A stretch of 64,000 nucleotides of DNA from Eledone cirrhosa (lineage: Eukaryota): positions 63,364,001 through 63,428,000 of the forward strand of contig OZ024740.1 in the NCBI GenBank assembly GCA_964016885.1, read 5' to 3'. This document shows, piece by piece, positions 39,954-54,256 of the stretch; the first letter of the stretch is position 1; every line of letters begins with the position of its first letter. The notes beneath the pieces were generated by a model. The model did not search any database and had not been told where the DNA came from. It saw nothing but the letters and a program-made list of their open reading frames with translations. Made by a program: the position numbers and the translations under genes.

Positions 39954-40129
39954 TAAAGGATTGTAAATAAAACGAGTAAATCAGACAAAGCTGGAATTCC
40001 TTTTATTAATATATATATACACACAGATACATTGTAGGTCGCTTTAACCCGTCTTATTAAAAAAACTTCTTGCCAATAAACATTAACCCTTTGTGCGCCA
40101 TTTATCTAACTGTAGACCAACAAATATTT

Positions 40130-41800
40130 TGGGATAAATGTATTAGTGAGAAATAACAAACTTATATAGACTACAAGGAATTTAGATTCAAACAGGAAAT
40201 TAAAATGGTTTATATGTATAGGTATTAATTTTAGGAAAAGAGAGCTGTAAAAGGGAAATAAAATTATGAAGTTCTCAGTAGTAAAATACTAATTATAGGT
40301 CAAATTTTCCTACTCCACTACCAAAAATATACAACAAAATATAAGTGCCTTCAATGCATATAAATGTAAAAAAAACCATGAATATACCACCAACACATCA
40401 AACTAACCATAATACTAAAATAAACCGCAACAAACCACCATCTCCTTCACATATAACAAGTCGAGTAAATTCCACACCAAATTTGACTAACTCCCCTGAT
40501 ATAATATTCACGAGTGGTTGTAGCTGTAGAAACAAAGGAAATTGTCTTATTAATAACATAGTATATAAATGTAAAATTACCACTAAGGACTCAACTTATT
40601 CATATATAGGAGCTACTTCTAACCAATTTAAAGTAAGATTTAATACCCACAAACATAGTTTTAAAAATGCCGCATTAGCCAATACAACATCCTTGGCTGA
40701 AATAATTAATAATTATAGAAAAAAGAATATCGATTATAACCTGACCTGGAGTGTGCTCAAAAGGGCCATCCCTTATCAAAATAACAGATATGAGTGTAGA
40801 TTATGTTCCCAGGAACTTTTTGAAATAATTGTTTCTACTTTAGGCACAAGGCCAGTAATAACCCAATGCATTACTGGTACTTTATTTTATCGACCCCGTA
40901 AGGATGAAAGGCAAAGTAAACCTCGGCGGGATTTGAACTCAGACCGTAAAGGGACGTAACTATGCTGGATTGAAATAATGAAATCTAAGGATATCCGATT
41001 AAATAAGCGACAAGAATTAATTATATTGTGCAATCATAGAATTAGAAGAACTTTCAAATATTATAAACCTAATTAATATACACCTTACATATATTTTTTA
41101 CAAATTATTATAATTAGTTTTTTAATTTAGTTAACCTATAATTAGTATTTTACTACTGAGAACTTCATAATTTTATTTCCCTTTTACAGATCTCTTTTCC
41201 TAAAATTAATACCTATAAGTATACATATAAACCATTTTAATTTCCTGTTTGAATCTAAATTCCTTGTAGTCTATATAAGTTTGTTATTTCTCACTAATAC
41301 ATTTATCTCCCAATTTTTTTTTTTCATTCGTTTTTAACAACATTCTTTAATAACATCTAACTCTTATTTATCACATCTATATGAATTAATATAAATTTAT
41401 CCCTATAAGTATACCTATCAATTAAATTAATTTAATTTCTTGTTATAGATCTAAATTCCTTGTGTTTTAAATAAGATTGGTATTTCTCACTAACACACCC
41501 TAAACTTTTATTCTCCTTCGATTTTAACATTAGCATTATTCTTTAATAACATCAAATTTTCGTGTACCTTTCACCGGCTTGACCTCTTTTCATCCCCAAC
41601 GTAATCTTTTCATTCAAAGTATTCTTTACATTCAAAACTTAAGTCTGCATTCCTCTACCCCTAAATTAAATTTCTACTACTACTATTCTATCAACTTGAC
41701 CACTTACTACTTTTCTATTGGTCAATTCAAAACCTGTTCCCAAACAGACCTACCTATAATATTAAATCTTTGTTGGTTTTTTTCAATAAACAAATATCAT
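40130..41800 (+). mobile_element. Penelope-like element 3' remnant with GIY-YIG endonuclease and an inverted flanking repeat
   Basis: CSC..CLINNIVYKC..YIGAT..FKVRFNTH..CRLC..E. Removing the SINE restores FEIMKSKDIRLNKRQELIILCNHR..stop near 41070. 40130-40300 is an inverted copy of 41134-41313. Confidence 0.8.
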
Positions 41801-41989
41801 TATTTCTGTGGCAGTATCGGTAGAGAGTCCGACGCCATGCTTTCCAGTATAGTTACGTCCCTTTACGGTCTGAGTTCAAAACCCGCCGAGGGTAACTTTG
41901 CCTTTCATCCTTACGAGGTCGATAAAATAAAGTACCAGTAATGTACTGGGTAATTGCTGGCCTTGTGCCAAAAGTAGAAACAATTATTT

Positions 41990-43600
41990 CTGAAGACAGC
42001 ATTAAAAATAAACGCAACAATGCCTCTCCTGGTCTTGATGGTGTTACTTACCTGCTTCTTAAACGTGGTGGGTACTTCCTTCTGCACCAGTTATCACGCT
42101 TCTTCCAATTCTGTCTGAACAACAGTGCTACTCCAGAACAGTGGAAAACTGCCAGTGTCATTCCTCTGTTCAAAAAGGGTGACCGCACATCACCTGTGAA
42201 CTATTGTCCAGTCAGTCTTACTAGTTGCATTGCCAAACTGATGGAATCCTGTGTCAGAAAAACACTTTGGAACTTCTGGAGCTCTCACAGTCTTATCCGG
42301 CCCTCGCAATTTGGATTTATCCCCAACTCCAGCTGCTGCGATCAACTTATAGAGTTTCTTGAGGACATCACCCGGATCACTGATGGCGGCTCATGGGTGG
42401 ATGTTGTTTACCTTGACTTTGCGAAAGCCTTCAATTCTGTGCCACACAAAAGGCTTATGGCAAAACTCTCTGCAATTGGTGTGAAGGATGATCTTTTTAA
42501 CTGGTTGAAGTCCTTCATTCTCAGTCGAAGAGAGGTAGTCACGGTTCTGAGACAGCATTCCTCACCATATGAGATGTCATCTGGTGTACCACAGGGATCT
42601 GTTCTTGGCCTCCTTTTGTTTGTGGCATATATTAATGACATAGATGCCAACTTATAGAATGCCACGGTACTAAAGTACGCAGATGACATCAAGCTGTACC
42701 TTGAGATAAAAAGGACAGATCCTGAACACTATAGATCTTGCTTGCAGTCTGACCTGGACACAATGCAACAATGGATCTCAGACTGGCAACTCAAGCTAGC
42801 TGTGGACAAGTGCACCACCATGCATTTTGGGAGTAAAAACCGAGCATCCACATACTCCCTCCACAGCACTAATATCAAGAAGTCTTCTTGTGAACGTGAC
42901 CTGGGCATTACGGTCAGCAGCGATTTGCGTTGGACGAAGCATGTCTCTAAAATTGTCAAGAGGGCCGAGGGCGTCTTAGCATCACTCAGCAAGACCTTTG
43001 TCAGCCGCTCTCCAGATATCTATTTAAGGCTGTACATGGCTATGGTGCGGCCACACTTAGAATTTGCATCACCAGTCTGGAACCCCTATCTTGCTCAGAA
43101 CATTGACCGCCTGCAACCAAGGCATCTACCATACTCTGAGCGCCTTGCTTCCCTGGGCATGGATACATTGAAGCTCCGACGCCTGGCAACTGACTTGGTA
43201 AACACCCACAAAATTGTTAACCATCTTGCCAACAACAACCCTGAGTACTTTTTTGATTTCCATGTGTCTAACACACGTGGACATGCCCACAAAGTCAGAA
43301 AACAGCACAGTTCCCATGACTTTCTGAAACATTTTTTCACGCTCAGAGTTGCTGAAGCATGGAACAAACTACCTGCATCAGTTGTTAGCTGTCGAAACAC
43401 TGCATCCTTTAAGGCCTCCATGCTTCCCGAGATCCACCAACACTACAGCTAATGTTCCCCCTCCATACACATACACACATGTATACCATGACTCATACAC
43501 TATTCACTTCTCTGACATTTGTGTATTATTCTATGTACTATACATACACCTTTGACGAGTTGTAGTGCACCTGAGCACAATAATTTCATTATTATTTTAT
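41990..43600 (+). mobile_element. CR1/L2-like LINE, 5'-truncated, with a premature stop in RT
   Basis: Motifs SPGLDG, PLFKKG, NY.PVSLT, YLDFAKAF, GVPQGSVLG, a stop, then YADD and VRPHLEF, with a TTA tail. A further 3' fragment lies at about 44273-44495. Confidence 0.88.
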
Positions 43601-43929
43601 TATTATATGTGTAGGTATGTATATTTCCTCTGATAGTTTGTAAAATTTTTACATAGATCTATATGATATACATACCAACACACACATATATATCCTAGAA
43701 ACGATCGTAAAATGATGAATTTTTTAATATGAGGAACTGTTTCTTTGTTTTTATTCATTGTTTTTATTAATTTATCTTGACTCTGTTTTCCTGTGATTTT
43801 CATTGAAAAAATTTTTGAATACATCTTCTCTTTTCATGATATTTGGATTACATTGAGTTCTTCATACGAATTGGACACTACCGTATATTTTGGTAGATTT
43901 ATCTACATATATATATATATACATATTTA

Positions 43930-43966
<37 letters not shown>

Positions 43967-44699
43967 TAAAATAACAGATTAAAGTTTAAGCAAAGAATCG
44001 CTGCTTTCACCCTTAACGGGATCTTCTGAAACTAACAAAGTCAATCTGCTTTACATTCTGAGTTCAAATAGCGGTAAAGTCAACTTTACTTTCATCCCTA
44101 AGAGATTGATAAAATGAACAGTCACATAACGGAGTCAATATAATCGATTCCCCCACTCACCACCCAAATTGATATGCTTCTGCTCCAGGACACGTTCTTA
44201 TTCTAAACAAAAAACCCATGGACAACTTTGAAACATACTATCAATCACAAAATCAGAATACAAGGACGATAACCCATCCTTCAAAACTTCTATGCTTCCT
44301 GAAATTCGCCAACACTACACCTGATATTCCCCTTCGATATACACGCACACATGTGTGTCTGTGTATATAATGACTCATACACTGTTCACTTTCCTGACAT
44401 TTGTACATTATTCTGTGTACTATACATGCACCTTTGATGAGTTGTTGTGCACCTGAGCACTGTACATAATAATTTTCATTATTTTTATTTTATTATATTT
44501 GTGTAGCTGTTAAGCTACTTGATATCATATGCTACTCCTGAATCTAGAGAGATTTGGGCTCATGCAGGTTTAAAATAACAAAATACCACACCAGGAGTTA
44601 CAGCTTCATACATATGCAAAATGCATGCAACACTACAACTTTAACATAATATCATAGACCAGATACATTGGTGATCTATTCAGTCTGGATAAGCTCCAT

Positions 44700-45200
44700 T
44701 GCACTCAGAGTGGGAGCTGATGTCTGTGAGGATTTCAATGTTGTGATAAGCCCCTTGACTACATGGGTCTACATGGATTGTCTTGACATCTGAATGCAGG
44801 TCGCTTTGCTTGTCAAACCAAGGCTTTGGCTTGAGTCAGTATCCCCTCAATTTTGGAACCAACCATATTCTCCAGTGTTGATGGGAAAAAACCAGATGGT
44901 TTTACCTTTTACACCTGGGTGATAGGTAAATGTCTCATTTGAGATCCTGCAGTGATGGTGAAAGTCACGGTATCTATAGCTGAATGGAATAACATTCTAA
45001 AATACCAGGAATTATCAGCAAATTACTTTTTTCAGCCTATGACATTCAAGCCACATAAGGGAGTTAGGTTGCTGACAAGATACTTATTGTTGGCAGCTCA
45101 CCTTACTAATGTATATGGTGATACCTATAAGGGTGTTTGTCTATTCTAGCATCTTGGTCTTGCTATGACCTGTGGCAATGCTGTATGCATTGGATTACTT
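44700..45200 (+). mobile_element. Degenerate RLE domain of a CRE-like non-LTR element
   Basis: Frameshifted DGK.PDG.T..PW..GKCLI.D and NYFFQP motifs. Confidence 0.45.
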
Positions 45201-46101
45201 CAAACATTATTAGAAGGGAACTGTCTTGTAGCATATGATTGAGTGTGGGTGTCTTCTTTTTTTTTTGTATAAATTGTGTTTATTTGTTATTAATAAAATA
45301 CTATAAACATAACACATCATTTGTTATTATAGGTAGAATCTCAGTGGAATTAAAACTGCGGTCTTTGTTAATCACTGTATAATAAATATAGTAAGGACAT
45401 TACAAATTTTTTTTAGCATAGATAAATTTAGCAAATTTTTTTTTTAAAAGTATAAATAATAAAAGTTGTAATTTTATTAATATTTAAAAACGAAAAAGGA
45501 AGGGAAAAACTACGGCTCTTGAGTCACAGAAGAATGAGAGGGAGGCTCAAGCCTAGGGCTGTGCCCTGTGGACAAGACCGCAAAAGCATTTCCACGGACA
45601 ATGGCCAGCAACACACGCTTCAACAGCCACCCCATCTCACAGGGCCCTTTCTTCAGACGTTCTTAATTTTTTTGTATGTCTTTAACAAATGTCAGTTTTT
45701 GTTTTCTTTCTCCAGCTTGAAGGGAAATTTTCACATCATTAAGAATTTTTTGTGTCATTTCATACTTCCATAAATACTTAATTTATATAGTTCTATAGTA
45801 TTATTCATATTTGCTTTTTCTAATTTTTTAACATCTGTTCAAGGTTCAGGAATCGCTTAGGTACTAGCAATGTTTACCAACTTTGTAATGTATTAGCATC
45901 ATAATACATTTATTGTCTTTTAGTTTGGTAGGGTCAAAGTCCTCTTCAAAACAGTAGTGTCTAGAGAAGACATTTTAAATAAAACTATTGAATAGAGCCC
46001 ATTTAGTTTGAATGATTTCATCGAAGACGAGACATCGCTTCAGTGTTTCAGATTCTTAAATTCATAAGTGTTTATAGTAATCAGTTTACAAAGTTTGAAA
46101 G

Positions 46102-46401
46102 ATGGTCAATGTGGAGATAGTTAATTCCTCTGATGTTATTACTAAAATTGTCAATGATGTGAGGGTAAATCCAAAGCCCCTACCTAAATGTCAAAATCTA
46201 TATTGTGGAAAATGCCACCCAAGAAAGAGAAACCAGCGCCGTCGTCCACCTCGATCAACTACTAAGAATTATCATGTACCTATCCATGAAATATCTATTA
46301 CTGATAAAGAGAAAGATTTCCCAAAAATCAGCCCTTCTGTAAGCCCGCTGTCTTATTTAGAATATGCACGCAAATCAAGGCGGTCATTAGTCAGAAAACA
46401 G
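46102..46401 (+). CDS. Candidate alternative first coding exon of RagA (100-aa N-terminal extension)
   Basis: aagATGG Kozak context, with an in-frame TGA 6 nt upstream. 100 open codons end CAG|gtattt in phase 0, 310 nt before the phase-0 acceptor of exon 2. Confidence 0.5.
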
Positions 46402-46711
46402 GTATTTTGTTAATTTATTCTTTTATCAATTAAAGCAGTAACAGTTCAATTTTCATTATTTTAACATCTATTAGAAATATGGGCCCTTTAATTGTGTCAG
46501 TCATCATTCTTTGTTGTTTTAATATCAGTAACATTGAATTATTTCCAACTATATATTTATTTAATGTGTTAGCTTTGTGTTACCAACTGGTTATTTTATT
46601 TCTGCCTCAAATTTATTCAAAATTTTGGATATTATATTTTGAAGTTTCTTTTATTTTTATTTATTCCTAAACTGTTGTATTTATCTATGTATTTTCTTTT
46701 TTATAAATTAG

Positions 46712-46816
<105 letters not shown>

Positions 46817-48683
46817 TGATCATTTCCAGTTGTTTAATTGTAATTATATAGAAGTATAACTGAAAAACAAAATTCTTCACGGTTTGTTTGTATGTTTGTG
46901 TTGTTGTTTATTTTTATTGTAAGGTTTTGGGTTCTTCCATTGTTACTTCAGTGGAGTTCATCATCATAATCACCATTTCATTTTACGTCCGCTTTTCCCT
47001 GCTTGCAAGGGTGGGACGGGAACTGATTCTGGCTTGATTTCTACAGCTGGATGCCCTTCCTAACACCAACCTCATTTACAGTGAGTGCTAGGGTTTTTTT
47101 TGCAGTGTGGGCTGGGTGCTTTTTTGCCGTGGCACCTCCACGACCACTTTGCAGTGGAATGATATGGACCCCAGTCCCTATGATCTCATTTCTACATCTG
47201 AGTAAATTGGAGCAATGTGAAATAAAGTGTCTTGCTCAAGGAAACAACACATCACCCGGTCTGAGAATTGAACTCACAACCTTTCAATTGCAAGGTCAAT
47301 GCTCTAACCACTAAGCCATGTGCCTCCATATGTTTGAAATATAAGATGATTTCTTATTTTTTAACTACTTTGAATATGAAACTTTATCATTTAAACTGGC
47401 CGAGTCTGGCCAGAATTCTCTCATGTCTTTCTGTTCAAACTGGCTGTAACTGGCCGCTCATACTGATGTTAAGGTATTTTTTATAATATAAAAATCTCAT
47501 AGATTCGATATTATATGAGATAGTTATGTGAGGTAAAGTGTTTACCATGTAAATACAATAGTAAATATAGAGTAATGTAAATGCTAAAGGTTTCAACTGT
47601 GTGAATATCAATAAGGTTAAGTTACATTAACGTTCAAACTTTCATTGTGATATCCTAGTTCACAATCGCAATATTTCATCAGCATATCTGCCATTCCCTG
47701 GTTTGTCTCTTCAAAATTAACCAATTAAACAACAGTACTAATGTGTAACCCACTAATTTAACAATTATGCAACAGTTAAGCTACTTGCCAATCTGGCCCG
47801 GTATCAGTAAACTAATAAAAACATTTTCTAACAACATTACTTTGTATAAGATTATTTGTTAAATAATACAATGTTTCGATTTTAAATTTTATTGATATTA
47901 AATATTACATTTCAACTATGTTGCTGGATGCTCTTCCTGGTGCTAACCCTTTTAATAACCTCTTAAAATGGATTGGTACCACATAGTGAATCAATTAAAA
48001 TTGCATATTAAAATTGAATACATTTTATAAAAATATATATATGTTTTCATAATATAGAATTATTGAGAATTTTAGTGCTGCATTCTTGCCCACAGTCATA
48101 AATTCAAATCTTGTTGCAGCTATTAGATTGTGCTCCTCTCCAAAATGACCACAGACGTTCCATCCATGTCTATCCATAATTTTTAATGGCATTGTGGAAT
48201 ATTCGGTGTGCCATTTCCTTTCTCATGACAGTAGGAGTGGTGTGAATTGTTGGAAATATGACTGCTATTTCTAGCAGATCAAGTAGCTATTTGGAGGTTC
48301 CCTTGTTGGCTCATAATCCCTTGGTATACTGTATGAGGAGATATATCAAATATTTCAGGCAAGTTTATTTGTTGTTGGGACTCTGCTAAAATACTGTTGT
48401 TTAGCTCCAGATCAACCTTGATTCACTAGACCTATGTCCAAAGGTACTCCAGCTATGTGCAGACCATCTTTTAGTCACACATGTATCTAAGATTACATTA
48501 TTCAATGTGACCACTTTTAAGAGAGTAGGATATGATTTGACAGGAATTTGGCTACCATTTCTAGCACAAGGTCTCTTGTTGGTTTGTGTATATCATCATC
48601 ATCATCATTTGACATTGGTTTTCCATGTTATATATCATTGGTTTGCACTGTATCATTTGCATGTATTTTTCTCATTCTTCTAG

Positions 48684-48750
48684 TTGATGTTGAACATTCT
48701 CACATCCGTTTTCTCGGTAACCTGGTTCTCAACCTATGGGATTGTGGTGG
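48684..48750 (+). CDS. RRAGA: Rag GTPase A/B exon 3 (switch region, WDCGG)
   Basis: ctag|TT. Encodes (I)[21 protein letters not shown](G), then |gtaagt; phase 1 to phase 2. Confidence 0.97.
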
Positions 48751-49815
48751 GTAAGTTCCCATATTCAAATATAAACATACACACAGTATGAATCAGAATA
48801 ATGAAGAATTGTATTCATTTCAGAGTTTTCAGTGATTCTGTTAAGAAAAGTATTATTTTATAATAATTACAGCTTTTTCCTTATGTGCATCCTCTCGCTA
48901 CCATATTTCTGATGAAAGAGACTGCTTGTAATTTTTGCAAATCATTTTGAAAATAATCAAGAATTTAGAGGGATTTAGTAATATAACTAATGTTCTTGTT
49001 AAGCTGGTATTTGAAACACATATATTAAAGGTTCTTACACATAATTATGATGGAAAGTTTTAGATAAATATTTAAATAAGCATTTAAAATTAATAGTCTA
49101 TCATTTTGGTTTTAGGCAATTTGGTAACAAAAGGGTTAGATATCAATATGAAAGTTATGACAAATTAAAAACTCAGGAATGCATTTACATATCCGCTATG
49201 TTAGAGCGAAACTAATTTTGTTTTTAATTTTCAGCAAAGCCAGCTGAAAAATCGCTCAGTATGCAAATTAGGCTAATCAGCTGATGTTTACTTTAGAGAA
49301 TACTATATATTCTTAAACGCTCTAATGAGTGACAGAAGAGAGATACACAATCTTGACAAATGGCAATAACCCAGAAACAATATCATTGTCGATTGTTTCT
49401 CTCTGTCACCGCTAGAACAAAAGGATGGCGATGGCCGTCTAAAACAGATAGCATAATGAAGTTGTCTGCTTGCAAAGAAATTGAATATCATTTTTATTAT
49501 TTGATAAAAAAACTCAAGAATGCTGCTATGTTAGAGTGGAACTAATTTTGTTTTTAATTTTTTTTTTCATGCACTAGGCTCAGCTTTATTTGTTACCCTC
49601 CTCTAAAATAAATAACTGTAATCTATTGTTTAGATTTGCTCAGTTCTGTCTTCAAATCTTACTAAAGTCTGCTTTGTCATTCAACCTGCTATGGTTGATA
49701 AAATAAACAATAATGCACTGGATCAATTCAGTTCACTATCCTATACTTATATTACAAAATTAATCTGGTGCTTGGTTAAAATAGAAATTGTTATTTTGAA
49801 CTTTCTCTTTTTAAG

Positions 49816-50038
49816 ACAGGAGGCTTTTATGGAGAATTACTTTGCAAGTCAAAGAGACAATATTTTCCGGAATGTTGAAGTTCTTATTTATGTGTTTGAT
49901 GTGGAAAGTCGTGAATTGGAAAAAGATATGCATTACTATCAGTCATGCTTAGAAGCTATACTACAGAATTCCCCAGAGGCAAAGGTTTTCTGCTTAATTC
50001 ACAAAATGGACTTGGTTCATGAAGATCAGAGAGATGTT
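49816..50038 (+). CDS. RRAGA: Rag GTPase A/B exon 4
   Basis: taag|A. Encodes [74 protein letters not shown], then |gtaagt. Confidence 0.97.
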
Positions 50039-51153
50039 GTAAGTTCTTGTATATTGTTTTTAATTTTTTTTTGTGTGTGTTTTTTAACATTTTTTCCTCA
50101 TTAGCCTTAATATCATTAATCATCTTCTTCACAATTTTGTTTTTATAGCTGGTATTACTTGAAATTTAAGTATTTGATATTCTACTAAACATGCTCACAA
50201 GCACTCATGCACACACACACTGACAGACTGACAGAAATCCAGAGGATGGAGCTTGCCCCTGATAATGAATATGGCCAAGGCTAACAGAATAGAGTAAATG
50301 ATCAGAAATCACTACATTTCAATGAGTTCTGAAGAGGTAGATTGATACATTAGGTTCAGCTCAAATAATATAATCAGCAAAAGTCTAAAGGTCATGGACT
50401 GCTAAGACAATTCAGTAGAAGTGGTAAACAAACCCCTTGTTAAACCTTTAAATCTAAAACTAAGTTTAAATCTCTAAAGTTTGTCTCAAGCCAGAAGGCT
50501 TGTTAGACCAATGCTTATCCCGGTTTCGTGGCATGAAGCAAGTGAGAGTACAAGACTTTCCCCTGGACAGGATGCCAGTCCATTGCAGGGTTAAACCCCA
50601 GCTATTGCTGGTACTCATTTTCAGCTCAGTATAATGTGAAATGAAGTCTTTTGCTCAAGAACTCAACATGCAACCCAGCCCAAGAATTGAACCCACAACA
50701 TTATGATTGTATGTCAAACATCCTTACCACTAGGCCATATGCCTCCACTGTATGCCTCTATTAAAGTGTTTAAATTTAAACTTTGGACTGAAATACATAC
50801 CAGATGATATTACATTTCAGTAGTTAAATATTTGTCTTTTGTTGTTAAGTTGAAAATTAGTTTTCTGTCTGGTTGTCTGACAAGACTTAAGAGTGCTCTC
50901 TAGTCTGTATCATTTTTTTTTTCATAATCAGTTCTAAATGGATTGCTTTCACCGCATCTTATGGAGGCCACATCTGCCTCATGCAGTCATATTTATTTGA
51001 AATAACTGCATTCATAGACAGGTTGCCTTCACCATGGCTTACGGAGCCCTCATCTACCTCATAGATTCTTATTTATTAGGAATAACTGCTCTCCTAGATT
51101 GGCTGCCGTCCAAGTGGCTTATGAAGTCCAGGACCACCCCAGAGCTACATATA

Positions 51154-51184
<31 letters not shown>

Positions 51185-53329
51185 GGAGGCACATGACTTA
51201 GTGGTTAGAGCATTGGGCTTGCAATCGGAAGGTTGTGAGTTCAATTCTCAGACCGGGTGATGTGTTGTTTACTTGACACTTTATTTCACATTGCTCCAGT
51301 TTACTCAGCTGTAGAAATGAGATGATAGGGACTGGGGTCTATATCATTCCACAGCAAAGTGGTTGTGGAGGTGCCACGGCAAAAAAGCACCCAGCACTCA
51401 CTGTAAATGAGGTTGGTGTTAGGAAGGGCATCCAGCTGTAGAAATCAAGCTAGAATCAGTTCCCGTCCCACCCTTGCAAGCAGGGAAAAGCGGACGTAAA
51501 ATGAAATGATGATGATGAATGATGATATATATATATATTTAAAAGAATAGAGGTGTAACACACGAGTTGTGATATATTAGTAAAAGGAAAAGGAAATGGT
51601 GACAAATTTTTCCCAGTGAAAAATAGTTTAATTAGGAATAAGTATAAATTAGTAATAAGTATTGGTTAGTATTCAGTTTTAGTTTTAAGTTTTTACCGGT
51701 TGCGCATTTCTAATGCTTTTCAAAAATAATTTTGAGATAGAGCGCCCATGATGTTTGCTCTAATCTGATCAGTTTTAAAAATTCTACCTGTTTTATGTGA
51801 AAAAGGTGGCTCCAGAAGTATTAAGATTTGGTTGGTTGTTGAATGTCACGTGAATGAGTACTATAAATTTTGTGCCAATTCGTGTTGCAAAAATTCTTGT
51901 AGTCAAAACAATTTTGATTGGTCAGTAGAGGTCACATGATTGTTAAAAATTGATTTTGCGCCAAATGTAGATTTGTCGAAAAGTGTCCTTTTTCACCTGA
52001 TTGAGAAGTCACTGAAAAATAAGTCTTTTAAGACAAATATGTGTGTGTGTGTGTGTATGTGTATGTAGCAGAGTCATTCGTGGTAGAGGGATTCGGTCAG
52101 TAGGAATGTGTCTGTACGTGTGTGGGGGATATTTTAACATGTTGAAAGATATTTTTCAGCTCTTGTCTTATACAGAGAAATGTGTGTGTGTATATGTCTG
52201 TTTGTATGTTAGTGTACGCGTGTGCGTGTGTGTGTGTGTGTGGATGGACCAGTATTTTTGTGATACTGGTAAAAATGGTGTACATTATTCAATATTTTCA
52301 GTCAAAGACATGACAACCTCTCTTGTGCACTCGGTAGAACTTGAAACAATCATTTGAGATACAGACTCTCTGGCCTGTCTGGGAGGTCAGTAGCCTTGCT
52401 TCCATACTGACTTGGTCTATGTAAACCCGTCCAACCTTTGCTTGCAGGGAAAAAATGGACGTTAAACGATGATGATTGTTTTGCTCCAGTTCAGCCCGGA
52501 TCAAACACACTTATAATCAAAAGCATTCCAACCACCATCATCATCATCACCACCACCACCAACCATTTTCCACACTAGCATGGAAACAGTTTATTGTGGA
52601 CTGTATGATTTGATGTGTCCTTCAATTTTTTAATCAGTAGGGTGTGCAATGATGGAGATTTGGCAGGTTAAGTATATGTCAAAAGACCTTGTAGGTCATT
52701 TGGTATTGATATGAGAAAGTGATGCATGTATCTAAATTTGGATAACATATTCTTATTTTGATTGTATTTCATTATTTTCATCATCATCAATGGTGGTGGA
52801 TTGGCAGTATCAACAGAGCATCATGTTTTGTGGCATATAATAATGTCCCTTTATGTTCTGAGTTCAAATCCCGCCAAAACTAGCTCTGCCTTTCATCCTT
52901 ACGGTATCAATAAACTATAGTACCAGTAATGCACTGGGGTTTGATTTAATCTACTGCTACCCTCCGTCCCCCCACCCTGACCAAAAGAAAATTTTTTGGT
53001 CTTGTGCCTAAATCAGAAACCATTATTTTCATCATTTTTGTTCTTTTTTTTTCATGCTTGAATGCGTTAGTGGAGTCCTCTCCAGTAGTTTCCCTCCACT
53101 TGTCTCTTTTTTTTGTCATCTCCTTTTTGAGGTTTAGCTTCCTGAGATTAACATTCACTACTTCTGTCTAGGTCTTCCTTGGCCTACCTCATTATAATTT
53201 TCATCCTCATCATCAATTCAATTAAAATGCAAGCAGTAACAATTTAGATAATTATACTTAAATGAAATAAGTTTTGAAGAGAAATAAATAACAGGTATAA
53301 AACTTTCTTCATGTTTTTCTTTCACACAG

Positions 53330-53425
53330 ATTTTTCATGAAAGAGAAGATGACTTAAAACGATTATCAAAACCTCTTCAGTGTACCTGCTTTGCAACCTC
53401 AATATGGGACGAAACATTGTATAAG
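53330..53425 (+). CDS. RRAGA: Rag GTPase A/B exon 5
   Basis: acag|. Encodes [32 protein letters not shown], then |gtattt. Confidence 0.97.
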
Positions 53426-54256
53426 GTATTTAAACTTGTTTTGTTATTCTGATCTGTTTTACATTCAAGCCCAGAATAAAAAAAAAGTGAAAAGACCCTC
53501 TTCAGTCACAAATGACTATGGGATTTGTTCTTAGAAAGTTCCTCTCCGAGGCACAAATCTGGGCAGGGTTGTTTGTGGAAGACCAGCAGTCATCCATGCA
53601 TACCAGTCTTCCATCTCCATGCAAGTGATGTTGTCCAAAGGAAAGGCAATTGTTGATACAACTTGGCAGCAGTGATGTCACAACTCATTTCTACAGCTGA
53701 GTAAACTGAAGCAATGTGAAATAAAGTACTGTGCTCAAGGACACAACGCATCACCCAGTTCAGGAATCAAACTCACCTCACGATTGCAAGCCCAATGCTC
53801 TAACCACTATATTTAATGTTAAACATTGTATTGGTCTAATTCTCTCCCTCACACACACACACACATAAATATGCTAATAAATTAGAAATTGTTGGTTAAT
53901 GTTTTAATATAAGCACTAATAAACATTATATACTGTGTTTTGAGCTCAAAAAGAATAACAATTACACTGGTAGCAATGGAATCACATCTCTATTACTTAT
54001 ATATTTCAACAAAGAGTAGGGGTGAAAATGCCTGCGAGAAGTGCTCTGCATCAAGGGCACATACCAATAGAGTCTTGTAGTCTGAATATGGCAAGTGGGG
54101 GAAAAACTTCAATCAACTGAGACAATCCTCATAATTTCAAGACAGTTCAGGTAATAAGAAGCAAGCAGGGAGATAACTTCTATAGCCTGAGCCCAGTTTA
54201 ATTTCAACACTTGAACTCTCTTCTCCGGGATGTTTATATTGTAGGAAGCAAGCGAA

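Noticed and set aside
49691-50104. 137-aa ORF as a standalone gene
   Set aside because: Only 49816-50038 is RagA exon 4; the flanks are intron read-through.
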